Positions 1 through 11,067 of a DNA stretch of 63,319 nucleotides are shown piece after piece. Source of the stretch: Acidimicrobiia bacterium (GTDB lineage: Bacteria > Actinomycetota > Acidimicrobiia > Spongiisociales > UBA11373). The position numbers and the translations under genes are program-made. Below the pieces are notes generated by a model. It had not been told where the DNA came from, did no database searches, and saw only the letters and a program-made list of their open reading frames with translations. Location: positions 1 through 63,319 of the forward strand of contig JBKKBI010000093.1 in NCBI GenBank assembly GCA_046714175.1, read 5' to 3'. Every line of letters starts with the position of its first letter. The first letter of the stretch is position 1.

Positions 1-218
1 ATGTACTCGATCGTCCCGTAGATCCCGCCGATCGTGGTGATCTCATCCCCGATTTTGATGGACGAGATCAGCTCCTCGTGGCGGCGCATCCGGGTGCGCT
101 GGGGACGGACCATCAGGAAGTAGAACAGTCCACCGAGCACGACCGCGTACAGGAGCAGGGTCTGCCACGTCGATCCCTCTTCCGCGGCGGCCTCGACCTG
201 GGCAAGGATGGTGATCAT
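1..218 (-). CDS. yajC: Preprotein translocase subunit YajC (3' end runs off window)
   Basis: Manual translation MITILAQ...LFYFLMVRPQRTRMRRHEELISSIKIGDEITTIGGIYGTIEY; GGAGG RBS; follows tgt. Confidence 0.9.
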   Translation of the reverse strand, partial: MITILAQVEAAAEEGSTWQTLLLYAVVLGGLFYFLMVRPQRTRMRRHEELISSIKIGDEITTIGGIYGTIEY

Positions 219-257
219 GAAACCTCCGGAGCCCACCACGGCGCGGCGGGCGGTCGC

Positions 258-2383
<2,126 letters not shown>

Positions 2384-2512
2384 TTATTGCTAGTGGCTAT
2401 TGGACAGCCGCGCGGCTATGGCGCGATGAGCGATCAGCACCGACACAGTGTGACTCAAGTCGCGATCAATATGTCTCATCTGGCGGGAAGCGGCATCGGA
2501 CAACGGACAACG

Positions 2513-3538
2513 CTACAGAAGCTTCCCCTGCTCACTGGGCGCGGGCATTTCGAGACCAAGGTGGCGGTAAGCCAGCGCGGTGGCGATCCGGCCCCGGGAG
2601 GTGCGTTGCAGCATTCCCATCTGGAGCAGGAAGGGCTCGTAGGCGTCCTCGACGGTCTGGGTCTCCTCGGACACCGCGATCGCCAGAGTGGACAACCCGA
2701 CCGGTCCGCCACCGAACTTGTGGATCACGGCCTCGAGGATGGCGCGATCGACGCGATCGAGACCGGCGGCATCGACCTCGAACATGTCCATCGCCTGTTC
2801 TGCGATCGTGGCGTCGACTTCGCCGGCAGCCCGGACTGCAGCAAAGTCGCGCACCCGTCGCAACAGCCGGTTGGCGATGCGCGGCGTACCCCGTGACCGC
2901 GAGGCGATGGCACGCCTGCCGCCGGTGTCGACGGCGATCGCGAGAATGTGCGCCGACCGCTCCACGATCAACTCCAGCTCCGCGGGGCGGTAATAATCGA
3001 TGCGGGCGACGTATCCGAAGCGATCGCGCAACGGCGCCGAGACCCGTCCCACCCGGGTGGTGGCGCCGACGAGGGTGAATGGCGGCAGATCGAGACGGAT
3101 CGAGCTCGCTCCCGCACCCTTGCCGATCACGATGTCGAGCTGAAAATCCTCCATCGCCGTATACAGGATCTCCTCGACCGCCCGCGGCAGGCGATGCACC
3201 TCGTCGATGAACATGACGTCGCCCGCCTGGAGGTTCGACAGAATCGCAGCCATGTCGCCGGCCCGCTCCAGCACCGGACCCGAGGTGGCGCGCAGCTGAG
3301 CGCCCATGGCGTCGGCCAGGATCGCGGCCAGGGTGGTCTTGCCCAGCCCCGGAGGCCCGCTGAAGAGCACGTGATCCAAAGGCTCCCCTCGTCCCCGCGC
3401 GGCCTCGATCAGGATCGAGAGACGCTCCTTCAACTCCTCCTGGCCGACGAAGTCGTCGAGACTCGTCGGGCGCAGGCCAGCTTCGAAAGCGGCCTCCTCA
3501 GGCCCGGGACGGGAGGCGAGCAGTCCGTCCTCCCTCAT
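2513..3538 (-). CDS. ruvB: Holliday junction branch migration ATPase RuvB
   Basis: [34 protein letters not shown]. Confidence 0.98.
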   Translation of the reverse strand: MREDGLLASRPGPEEAAFEAGLRPTSLDDFVGQEELKERLSILIEAARGRGEPLDHVLFSGPPGLGKTTLAAILADAMGAQLRATSGPVLERAGDMAAILSNLQAGDVMFIDEVHRLPRAVEEILYTAMEDFQLDIVIGKGAGASSIRLDLPPFTLVGATTRVGRVSAPLRDRFGYVARIDYYRPAELELIVERSAHILAIAVDTGGRRAIASRSRGTPRIANRLLRRVRDFAAVRAAGEVDATIAEQAMDMFEVDAAGLDRVDRAILEAVIHKFGGGPVGLSTLAIAVSEETQTVEDAYEPFLLQMGMLQRTSRGRIATALAYRHLGLEMPAPSEQGKLL

Positions 3539-4101
3539 CGCCGCCCCAGTTTCTGCAGTGCGCTGCGCAGCATCGCCTCGACATCATCACCGGAGAGGCC
3601 GATCACCGCTTCTCTGATCTCAGCGGGGGCGTAACCCAATCCTTCCAGGGCGCTGCGCACGGTCCCCAATCCCCCGCTCACCGGTATCGCCCCCGCGGGC
3701 AGGGCGAGGCGGGCGCGCAGATCCAGGACGAGCTTCTGGGCGCTGCGCACCCCGATGCCGGGAACAGTGGTGAGAGTGTCGATGTCCTCGCCGATCACAG
3801 CCGCTCGCAGCCGCTCCGCACCGAGGGTGCCCAGAATCGCCAGGGCCAGCTTGGGGCCGACTCCGCTCGCCGCCAACAGATGGCGGAACACCGTGCGGCC
3901 GTCATCGTCGGCAAACCCGAACAGAGCCAGCTGGTCCTCGCGCACATGCAGGTGGGTGTGCACGACGACCTCCTCCCCGAGGGCAGGAAGTGCCGCCAGA
4001 TCGCGAGCACTCATGGCGACTTCATAGCCGACGCCGCCGACGTCGACGATCACGCCGTCTGCAGTGCGGGCCGCCAGGTGACCACGCAACCGGCCGATCA
4101 T
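3535..4101 (-). CDS. ruvA: Holliday junction branch migration protein RuvA
   Basis: MIGRLRG...VGGVGYEV, HhH motifs GVGPKLA and PGIGVRSA; start at ATG 4101 overlapping ruvC stop. Confidence 0.95.
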   Translation of the reverse strand: MIGRLRGHLAARTADGVIVDVGGVGYEVAMSARDLAALPALGEEVVVHTHLHVREDQLALFGFADDDGRTVFRHLLAASGVGPKLALAILGTLGAERLRAAVIGEDIDTLTTVPGIGVRSAQKLVLDLRARLALPAGAIPVSGGLGTVRSALEGLGYAPAEIREAVIGLSGDDVEAMLRSALQKLGRR

Positions 4102-4592
4102 GAGCGCCCCCCGGCAAGAGTCCGCAGCGCCATGGATTGCAGGTGGCACAGTGCCACCGCGAGCGCGTCGGCGGCGTCGGCCGGTCGCGGCGCGGTGGTG
4201 AGGCCGAGACGCCGCGCCACCATTGCCTGCACCTGCTCCTTGGCGGCGTCTCCGTATCCGGTGACCGCCAGTTTCACCGCCGAAGGGGTGTACTCGGAGA
4301 CCTCCAGCCCGGCGCGGGTGGCCGCCAGGATCGCTACTCCGGAAGCCCGGCCCACCGCCATCACAGTGTGCAGATTGCGATTGGCGAAGACTTCCTCGAT
4401 GGCGGCGGTGGTGGGCCCGTGCTGAGCGATCACCGCCGCCAGGTCGTCGAACAGCTCGACGAGCCGCTGCGCCGCGGTGGCCGTCGGGTCGGTGCGAATC
4501 ACACCGGCGGCGACAGGGCGCACCGGATTGCCAGCCGCGACGATGCCGTAGCCGGTCACCGCCAGGCCCGGATCGATGCCGAGGACAAACAT
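4098..4592 (-). CDS. ruvC: Crossover junction endodeoxyribonuclease RuvC
   Basis: MFVLGIDPGL, AIEEVF, DAADALAVA. Confidence 0.96.
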   Translation of the reverse strand: MFVLGIDPGLAVTGYGIVAAGNPVRPVAAGVIRTDPTATAAQRLVELFDDLAAVIAQHGPTTAAIEEVFANRNLHTVMAVGRASGVAILAATRAGLEVSEYTPSAVKLAVTGYGDAAKEQVQAMVARRLGLTTAPRPADAADALAVALCHLQSMALRTLAGGRS

Positions 4593-4600
4593 GTGTTCGA
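4586..4600 (-). promoter_or_regulatory. LexA (SOS) box overlapping ruvC start codon
   Basis: TCGAACACATGTTTG on - strand, identical to box upstream of lexA; matches CGAAC-N4-GTTCG with one mismatch. Confidence 0.8.
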
Positions 4601-4648
4601 TCAGGATAGAGGTCTCCACGGACCGATTGTCGGCAATAGCCTGGCCCG

Positions 4649-6190
4649 GTGAATCTGCCCTCGAGCACGGCCGCCGGCATCGCCGCGGCCACTCCCGCCG
4701 ACCGGGACCGGTGGATCGACTTCCTCCGCGCCCTGAGTATCGGCGCGGTGGTCCTCGGCCATTGGCTGGTGGCGGTGGTCGTGTGGCAAGAGGGAGAGGT
4801 CAGCGGGTCCAACGCCCTCGAGTCGTTGCCCGGGCTGTGGCCACTGACCTGGGTGCTCCAGGTGATGCCGCTCTTCTTTTTCGTCGGTGGGTTCTCCAAC
4901 CTCGTGAGCCTCCGCGCCTCGCGTCGCCGCGGCGAGGGCTACGCGGCCTTCCTGCAGGGTCGCTTCACCCGTCTGCTGCGCCCCACTCTGGCGTTTCTCC
5001 TTCCGGCAGTGATCGTCGTCGCCACCCTCGATGCCGCCAATGTGGCCGACGACCTGGTGTTCCCGGTGGCCACACTCATCACCGGACCGTTGTGGTTTCT
5101 CGGCGTCTACATGATCGTTATCGCGCTGACGCCGCCGATGGCGGCGTTGCACGATCGGTTTGGTGCCAGGGTCGTCGTGGTCGGGATCACTCTCGCCATC
5201 GGCGTCGACATCGCCCGGTTCGGATTCGGCGCCTCACCCGTCGGGTACGCCAACTACCCGATTGTGTGGCTGCTCGCTCACCAGTGGGGTTTCCTCTACG
5301 CGGACGGGCGGCTCCACTCCCGGCGCGGCCGCACCCTGGCCGCGGTGGGATTGGCGGCGGCGGCCGGCCTGGTCTGGCTCGGCCCCTATCCGGCGTCGAT
5401 GGTGGGCCTGGCCACTGACGAGTTCTCCAATATGGATCCCCCCACCCTGCCCATCGTGGCGCTCACCATGTGGGAGATCGGACTGGCCTTGCTGCTCCGC
5501 CCGATCGCGGTCCGCTGGCTGGCGCGCCCGCGGCCCTGGACCGCGGTGGTGGCGGTGAACTCCGTGATCATGACCGCTTTCCTGTGGCATCTCACCGTGC
5601 TCGTGGCGGCGGTGGCGGTGCTGTACCCGCTCGGATTCCCCCAGGCGGACGTGGGGACCGCAGCGTGGTGGCTGCTTCGCATCCCGTGGATCGGCATACT
5701 TCTGGTCCTGCTCGCTGGCCTGGTGGCGGCCATCGGAGGGATCGAGCGTGCCGGACTGACCCGCCGGCGGATCGGCGGCCCACCCCACGCTGCCGGAGCG
5801 CTCCTGGCGCTAGTTGGAGCGCTGGCCACGCTGTGGGGCATCCTGGGCTTCGCAGTCGGAGGGTTGCACCAGGTGTTCTCCCCCACGGGAGAGACCCTGA
5901 TATTGCTGCGGCTCAACCCGTTCCAGAACCTGATCCACGTCGTCGGCGGCGCCGCGCTGCTGGCGGCGGCCGATTCGCCGCAACGCCTGCCTGCCGCGCT
6001 CGTCGCCACCATCACAGGCGCGGCTCTGACCGCGCTCGGACCCTGGCTCCGTGGCGGCTCCGTCGACAACGTGCTCGCGGTCAATCTCGCCGCCGATGTG
6101 CTTCACGGCGCGTTGGCGGCGCTGGCGGCGACGGCCGTGGTGCTCGCCTGGAGGGAGCGGCGGAGGCTCAGCCGGCGACCGCAGCCATGA
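4649..6190 (+). CDS. Acyltransferase family 3 membrane protein with C-terminal DUF4383-like domain
   Basis: RDRWIDFLRA, QVMPLFFFVGG, LWFLGVY; C-terminal LNPFQNLIH and NLAADVLH repeats. Confidence 0.8.
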   Translation: MNLPSSTAAGIAAATPADRDRWIDFLRALSIGAVVLGHWLVAVVVWQEGEVSGSNALESLPGLWPLTWVLQVMPLFFFVGGFSNLVSLRASRRRGEGYAAFLQGRFTRLLRPTLAFLLPAVIVVATLDAANVADDLVFPVATLITGPLWFLGVYMIVIALTPPMAALHDRFGARVVVVGITLAIGVDIARFGFGASPVGYANYPIVWLLAHQWGFLYADGRLHSRRGRTLAAVGLAAAAGLVWLGPYPASMVGLATDEFSNMDPPTLPIVALTMWEIGLALLLRPIAVRWLARPRPWTAVVAVNSVIMTAFLWHLTVLVAAVAVLYPLGFPQADVGTAAWWLLRIPWIGILLVLLAGLVAAIGGIERAGLTRRRIGGPPHAAGALLALVGALATLWGILGFAVGGLHQVFSPTGETLILLRLNPFQNLIHVVGGAALLAAADSPQRLPAALVATITGAALTALGPWLRGGSVDNVLAVNLAADVLHGALAALAATAVVLAWRERRRLSRRPQP

Positions 6191-6908
6191 TCTCGTCACT
6201 GATGTCGAAGTTGGCGTAGACCGCCTGCACATCGTCGAGATCTTCGAGGGCATCGACGAGCCGCAACACGGCGCGCGCCGAGGTTTCGTCGAGTGGAATC
6301 GATGCCGCCGGGAGCCGCGTCACCTCGGGATCGGCGGTCGTGATTCCGGCAGCTCGCAGCGCCTCCACCACCCGGCTCAGGTCGCCCGGCGCCGTGATCA
6401 CTTCATGCTGGTCCCTGCCCGGCCGCACATCCTCGGCCCCCGCCTCGAGTGCCGCGAGCATCACCTCGTCTTCGGAACCGGTGGCGAGGACGTAACCGCG
6501 CGACGAGAACAGATAGGCGACCGATCCCGGCTCGCCGAGGCTCCCACCGTTGCGAGTGAACGTAGAGCGGATGTCGGAAGCAGCCCGGTTGCGATTGTCC
6601 GTGAGAGCCTGGACGTACACCGCGACCCCACCGGGCGCGTAGCCCTCGTACCAGATCTCGTCGTAATGCCCGCCCCCGGTCTCACCGGTTCCGCGCTTGA
6701 TCGCCCGATCGATGTTGTCGTTGGGCATCTCCGCGGCCTTCGCCTTGGCCACGGCCGTGCCAAGCGAGGCGTTGGCGGAGACGTCGCCACCACCATCGCG
6801 CGCCGCCACCTCGATGCCGCGGGCGAGCTTGGCGAAAATCTTGGCGCGCTGGATGTCCTTGGCGCCTTTCTTGTGCTTGATCGTGGACCACTTGGAATGC
6901 CCCGACAT
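6168..6908 (-). CDS. yebC: YebC/PmpR family protein
   Basis: MSGHSKWSTIKHKK, YEGYAPGG, TDNRNR, LEDLDDVQAVYAN. Confidence 0.96.
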   Translation of the reverse strand: MSGHSKWSTIKHKKGAKDIQRAKIFAKLARGIEVAARDGGGDVSANASLGTAVAKAKAAEMPNDNIDRAIKRGTGETGGGHYDEIWYEGYAPGGVAVYVQALTDNRNRAASDIRSTFTRNGGSLGEPGSVAYLFSSRGYVLATGSEDEVMLAALEAGAEDVRPGRDQHEVITAPGDLSRVVEALRAAGITTADPEVTRLPAASIPLDETSARAVLRLVDALEDLDDVQAVYANFDISDEIMAAVAG

Positions 6909-7480
6909 CACGTCCTCCCCGCGACTTCAAGCAGCAGTGTATGGATTCGGGTGTCGCCGGTCAGTTCCGGGTGGAATGAGGTCGCAACGACGTTGCCCTG
7001 ACGAACCATCACCGGGTGGTCCCGCACTTCGGCCAGGACCTCTACTCCGGTGCCGAGACGCTCGATCCAGGGGGCCCTGATGAACACTGCCCGCACCTGG
7101 CCGGCGATCCCCTGCACTTCGAGATCGGTTTCGAACGATTCCACCTGGGAGCCGAAGGCGTTACGCCGCACGACGACATCGAGAACCCCCAACTGGACCT
7201 GGGCCCGGTCCGAGGTGGTTCCGGTGGCGAGCAGGATCATCCCGGCACAAGTGCCCAGAGTGGGGAGCCCGGCGCGGATCGCGGAACGCAGCGGTTCCAC
7301 CAGTCCATAGCGATCAGCCAGTCGTCCGATCGTGGTGCTCTCTCCACCGGGTATGGCGAGAGCGTCCAATCCGTCGAGATCGGCGGGGAGGCGGACCGGC
7401 ACCGGATCCCCACCAGCAGCGATGATCGCCGCCGTGTGCTCGCGGAAGTCTCCCTGCAGCGACAGCACTCCGAATCGCAC
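6908..7480 (-). CDS. pdxT: PLP synthase glutaminase subunit
   Basis: LQGDFREH, PGGESTT, GTCAG, SFHPELT. Confidence 0.97.
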   Translation of the reverse strand: MRFGVLSLQGDFREHTAAIIAAGGDPVPVRLPADLDGLDALAIPGGESTTIGRLADRYGLVEPLRSAIRAGLPTLGTCAGMILLATGTTSDRAQVQLGVLDVVVRRNAFGSQVESFETDLEVQGIAGQVRAVFIRAPWIERLGTGVEVLAEVRDHPVMVRQGNVVATSFHPELTGDTRIHTLLLEVAGRT

Positions 7481-7483
7481 GCT

Positions 7484-8365
7484 TCACCAGCCCCGACGGG
7501 CCAGCCGATCCTCGTCGGCGAGTCGATCCATACCGATGCCGACCATCGGCTCCCCCAGCCCGCGTGACACCTTGGCGAGGATCGCCGGGTCGTTGTAGAA
7601 GGTCGTCGCCTCCACGATGGCGCGAGCCCGGGGTGCCGGGTCGGCGCTCTTGAAGATCCCGGATCCGACAAACACCCCGTCGCAACCGAGCTGCATCATG
7701 AGGGCGGCATCGGCGGGAGTCGCCAATCCCCCGGCGGCGAAGTTCACCACGGGGAGGCGCCCGGTACGCGCCACCTCCTCCACCAGATCGAATGGAGCGG
7801 CCAGATCACGGGCTGCGGCCATCAGCTGCTCATGACCGAGGGTCTGCAGGCGGCGGATTCCCTCCGTCATCGCCCGCATGTGGCGTACCGCCTCGACCAC
7901 ATCGCCGGTGCCCGCTTCACCTTTGGTGCGAATCATCGCCGCACCTTCCCCGATGCGGCGCAGGGCTTCCCCGAGGTCGCGGGCGCCGCATACGAAAGGA
8001 ACCGTGAATTGCCACTTGTCGATGTGATGGGCGTCGTCGGCCGGTGTCAGCACCTCGCTCTCGTCGATGTAATCGACTCCGAGGGCCTGCAGGATCTGCG
8101 CCTCGACAAAGTGACCGATGCGAGCCTTGGCCATGACCGGGATCGAGACCGCGGCCACGATCTCTTCAACCCTGGTGGGGTCGGCCATCCGGGCCACCCC
8201 GCCGTCGCGGCGGATGTCGGCGGGTACCCGCTCCAATGCCATCACCGCGACCGCCCCCGCCTCCTCCGCAATGCGCGCCTGCTCGGCGGTGGTCACGTCC
8301 ATGATCACCCCGCCCTTGAGCATCTCGGCGAGGCCACGCTTGACGCGTTCTGTGCCCTGTTCCAT
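7484..8365 (-). CDS. pdxS: PLP synthase lyase subunit
   Basis: [32 protein letters not shown]; start [11 protein letters not shown]. Confidence 0.97.
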   Translation of the reverse strand: MEQGTERVKRGLAEMLKGGVIMDVTTAEQARIAEEAGAVAVMALERVPADIRRDGGVARMADPTRVEEIVAAVSIPVMAKARIGHFVEAQILQALGVDYIDESEVLTPADDAHHIDKWQFTVPFVCGARDLGEALRRIGEGAAMIRTKGEAGTGDVVEAVRHMRAMTEGIRRLQTLGHEQLMAAARDLAAPFDLVEEVARTGRLPVVNFAAGGLATPADAALMMQLGCDGVFVGSGIFKSADPAPRARAIVEATTFYNDPAILAKVSRGLGEPMVGIGMDRLADEDRLARRGW

Positions 8366-8399
8366 GAAGGAAGATGGTACCCCGGCTAGGGAGAGAGCA

Positions 8400-8458
8400 G
8401 GGGCGAGGGAAAAGGGGCGAGGGAAAAGGGGCGAGGGAAAAGGGGCGAGGGAAAAGGG
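8400..8458 (+). repeat. Tandem 14-bp repeat (GGGGCGAGGGAAAA)x4
   Basis: Four perfect units plus GGG in pimA-pdxS intergenic region. Confidence 0.95.
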
Positions 8459-8465
8459 CCATCTG

Positions 8466-9512
8466 TCATCTGTCATCTTCCCTCCGTGCATCCTCATATG
8501 CCACCAGATACGACCGCACCACCATCGGGCCGGCGTAGTTCTGCGCCCGTTCCCGGGCGGCGGCACCGAGGCGGTGCCGGGCAGCGTCGTCGCCCAGCAG
8601 ATCGGCCACCTCCCTCCCCAAGGCCACCGGGTCCCCGGTCGCGGCCCACCGCACCGTGTCTCCGGCGACCCCGCGAAACGCCTTGAGGTCGGAGGCGACA
8701 ATGGCCCGCCCCGCGGCCATCGCCTCCAGCACCACGATCCCGAAGCTCTCCCCGCCGGTGTTGGGGCACGCCACCACCGCGGCCCTGCTGAGCTCGTTGC
8801 GCTTCTCCGCCTCGTCGACCCGGCCCAGGAATGTCACACCCGCCGGACCGGAAATCCGATCGGCCCCAATGATCCGCAGGGAGGCGCCGGGCACGTCGCG
8901 CAGAATGCGCGGCCATGCCTGCAACAAGACGTCCAGACCCTTGCGCGGATCGTCGCGGCCGACGAAGACCACCCGCCCCGGGACCACCGCGTCGGTGACC
9001 GCGTAGTCTTCGAGGTCGATTCCGTTGGGGATGATCCGCATGTCGGTGATCGCCGGAACCGCCGAGGCGGCAACCTCGCTGACGGCGGTGGCAACGGCGA
9101 TGCGAGCGGTGACCCGGCGCACCACGGGCTCGGCGATGCGGTATGCGTTCCGGGCCCACGTGCCTGGATCGGCGTGAAAGGTTCCGACCACCGGTGGCGT
9201 ATCGGCCAGGACCGCGCCGAGGGAGACCATCGGCATGAACGGCTCGTGCACGTGCACCACATCGGCGCCGGCCACCGCCTCCGCGACGCGGCGGATGACC
9301 CTGGGATCGACTGCGATCGGCGCCGCCGATCGGTTGGCCCGCACGGATCGCCAGCTGCCAACCGAGACTGTTCCCGGGGGCCCGGCATCTCCCGGTGCGA
9401 CCGCCCACGCTCGGTGGCCCGCCGCAGTCAGCCAGCGGACCAGCCTCGTCACCTGGTCCTGCACGCCGCCGTGGGCCTCGAAGGCGTATGGGCACACCAG
9501 CGCCACGTTCAT
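8466..9512 (-). CDS. pimA: GT4 glycosyltransferase, phosphatidylinositol alpha-mannosyltransferase PimA-like
   Basis: [33 protein letters not shown]; synteny with pgsA-patA. Confidence 0.85.
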   Translation of the reverse strand: MNVALVCPYAFEAHGGVQDQVTRLVRWLTAAGHRAWAVAPGDAGPPGTVSVGSWRSVRANRSAAPIAVDPRVIRRVAEAVAGADVVHVHEPFMPMVSLGAVLADTPPVVGTFHADPGTWARNAYRIAEPVVRRVTARIAVATAVSEVAASAVPAITDMRIIPNGIDLEDYAVTDAVVPGRVVFVGRDDPRKGLDVLLQAWPRILRDVPGASLRIIGADRISGPAGVTFLGRVDEAEKRNELSRAAVVACPNTGGESFGIVVLEAMAAGRAIVASDLKAFRGVAGDTVRWAATGDPVALGREVADLLGDDAARHRLGAAARERAQNYAGPMVVRSYLVAYEDARREDDR

Positions 9513-10396
9513 CGAGCCACCTCACGGTCGGAGGGCCAGTTGGGGACGATCAAATGCCACTGTTCGGGCGCAACACGGATGATGTCTTCGAGAACTGCCG
9601 CCAGTTGCTGGGTGCCGGCGAGAACCCGAGCATCAATGTCGCCTTCTGCGGGGAGCGACAGTGGTGGCCGAATCTCGAATCGGTACCCCGCCCCGCGAGC
9701 GAAATAGGTGCCGGCCGGCAGCAATACCGCACCGGTCCGCACCGCCAGCGATAACGGTCCGGCCGGGAGAGTGGTCCGCTCCCCGAAGAACTCCACCGCA
9801 ACTCCGCGGCCGGAGAGGTCGCGATCGCACACCAGCGCGACCACGCCGCCTTCCTGGAGGCGCTGCAGCAACTCGCGGGTCACGGGCGATCCCTTGCGGG
9901 CGACGACGATGTCGATCTCCATCATGCGGCGCATTTCGACGAACCATTGCACCACGCGCTCGTTTCCCAGATCCTCGGCCACCGCCAGCACACGGGCACC
10001 TTCGGCGGCAGCCCGCAATCCGGCCGGCTCCCAGTTGCCCAGGTGGGGTAGCGCCACCACGACCCCTCGCCCTGTGGCCACGCCGGCGAGCAGGTGGTCC
10101 ATGCCGGCGATCTGAGATACCGCGAGGACCTTCTCCCGGCGGCGAGGACGCATCCAGAACACCTCGGCCCAGTATCTCCCGTACCAGCCAAAGACCCGAC
10201 GAGCGGCACGGCGCGATCCGACGGCAGTGCCGGCGACCCGGGTCTGATGGCGCATTGCCATGGCGAACCGGCCGCGGGCGAAGAACGAGCCGAGCCAGCC
10301 GGCGCCATAACCCACACGCCGCATCACGGGTTCCGGTAGCAGCCCGAAGAGGCCGGTGAGAATCCGGCGAAGGTAGTAACCCGCGGCCGTCTTCAC
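9509..10396 (-). CDS. patA: Phosphatidylinositol mannoside acyltransferase (PatA-like)
   Basis: PHLGNWE, DRDLSGRG, PEQWH; GTG start overlapping pgsA stop. Confidence 0.85.
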   Translation of the reverse strand: MKTAAGYYLRRILTGLFGLLPEPVMRRVGYGAGWLGSFFARGRFAMAMRHQTRVAGTAVGSRRAARRVFGWYGRYWAEVFWMRPRRREKVLAVSQIAGMDHLLAGVATGRGVVVALPHLGNWEPAGLRAAAEGARVLAVAEDLGNERVVQWFVEMRRMMEIDIVVARKGSPVTRELLQRLQEGGVVALVCDRDLSGRGVAVEFFGERTTLPAGPLSLAVRTGAVLLPAGTYFARGAGYRFEIRPPLSLPAEGDIDARVLAGTQQLAAVLEDIIRVAPEQWHLIVPNWPSDREVAR

Positions 10397-10986
10397 GCCG
10401 GAAGCCGGCGCCAGGTCTGGATGAACCGCTGCACCACGGTCAGCCAGGTCCCCACCGCCAGGATCCACAAAGCTGGCTCCAGGGTGGGCAGATCGACTCC
10501 GGCGAGGCCGACGCCGAAACCGAACACGAGCAGCCGCTCGGCACGGCCCATCAACCCGCCTTTGCCTTCGACACCGAGCGCCTCCGCCCGGGCGCGCAGA
10601 TAGGGGATGACCAGTGACCCACACGCCGCCACCATGGACAGAACCACCAATCCCGAGGCAGCATCGTCGCCGAGGTGATAGGCGAGGCCGGTCCACATCG
10701 CCACCTCCCCGAGCCGGTCGGTGAACGAGTCCAGAAGCGCCCCGCGGATCGTCTCGTTGCCCGTGACCCGGGCGAGCACACCGTCGAGGATGTCGCACAG
10801 CGCCCCCACTCCGAGCGTGATCGCCCCCGACATGAGCCGCCCGGTGCCGATGAGCACTGCCCCGGCCACCGAGAGAGCGAAGCCAGCCAGGGTCACCATG
10901 GTCGGCGTGACCCCTGCTCGGGCCAAGAGTCGGGCCACCGGGTCGGCGACTCGTGACACCTTCTTCCGGGCTCTGACATCCAGCAT
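10393..10986 (-). CDS. pgsA: CDP-alcohol phosphatidyltransferase (phosphatidylinositol phosphate synthase)
   Basis: DILDGVLAR...GALLDSFTDR motif; YLRARAE. Confidence 0.9.
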   Translation of the reverse strand: MLDVRARKKVSRVADPVARLLARAGVTPTMVTLAGFALSVAGAVLIGTGRLMSGAITLGVGALCDILDGVLARVTGNETIRGALLDSFTDRLGEVAMWTGLAYHLGDDAASGLVVLSMVAACGSLVIPYLRARAEALGVEGKGGLMGRAERLLVFGFGVGLAGVDLPTLEPALWILAVGTWLTVVQRFIQTWRRLPA

Positions 10987-11067
10987 TCGATACCTCAGAC
11001 GGAACCTACCACACGGGATTCAGCCGGTTCCTGCTCATTACAATGCCGCCGCACTCCAGGAGGTCGG

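Noticed and set aside
2384-2512. preQ1 riboswitch upstream of queA
   Set aside because: Region is less GC-rich, but no recognisable preQ1 consensus
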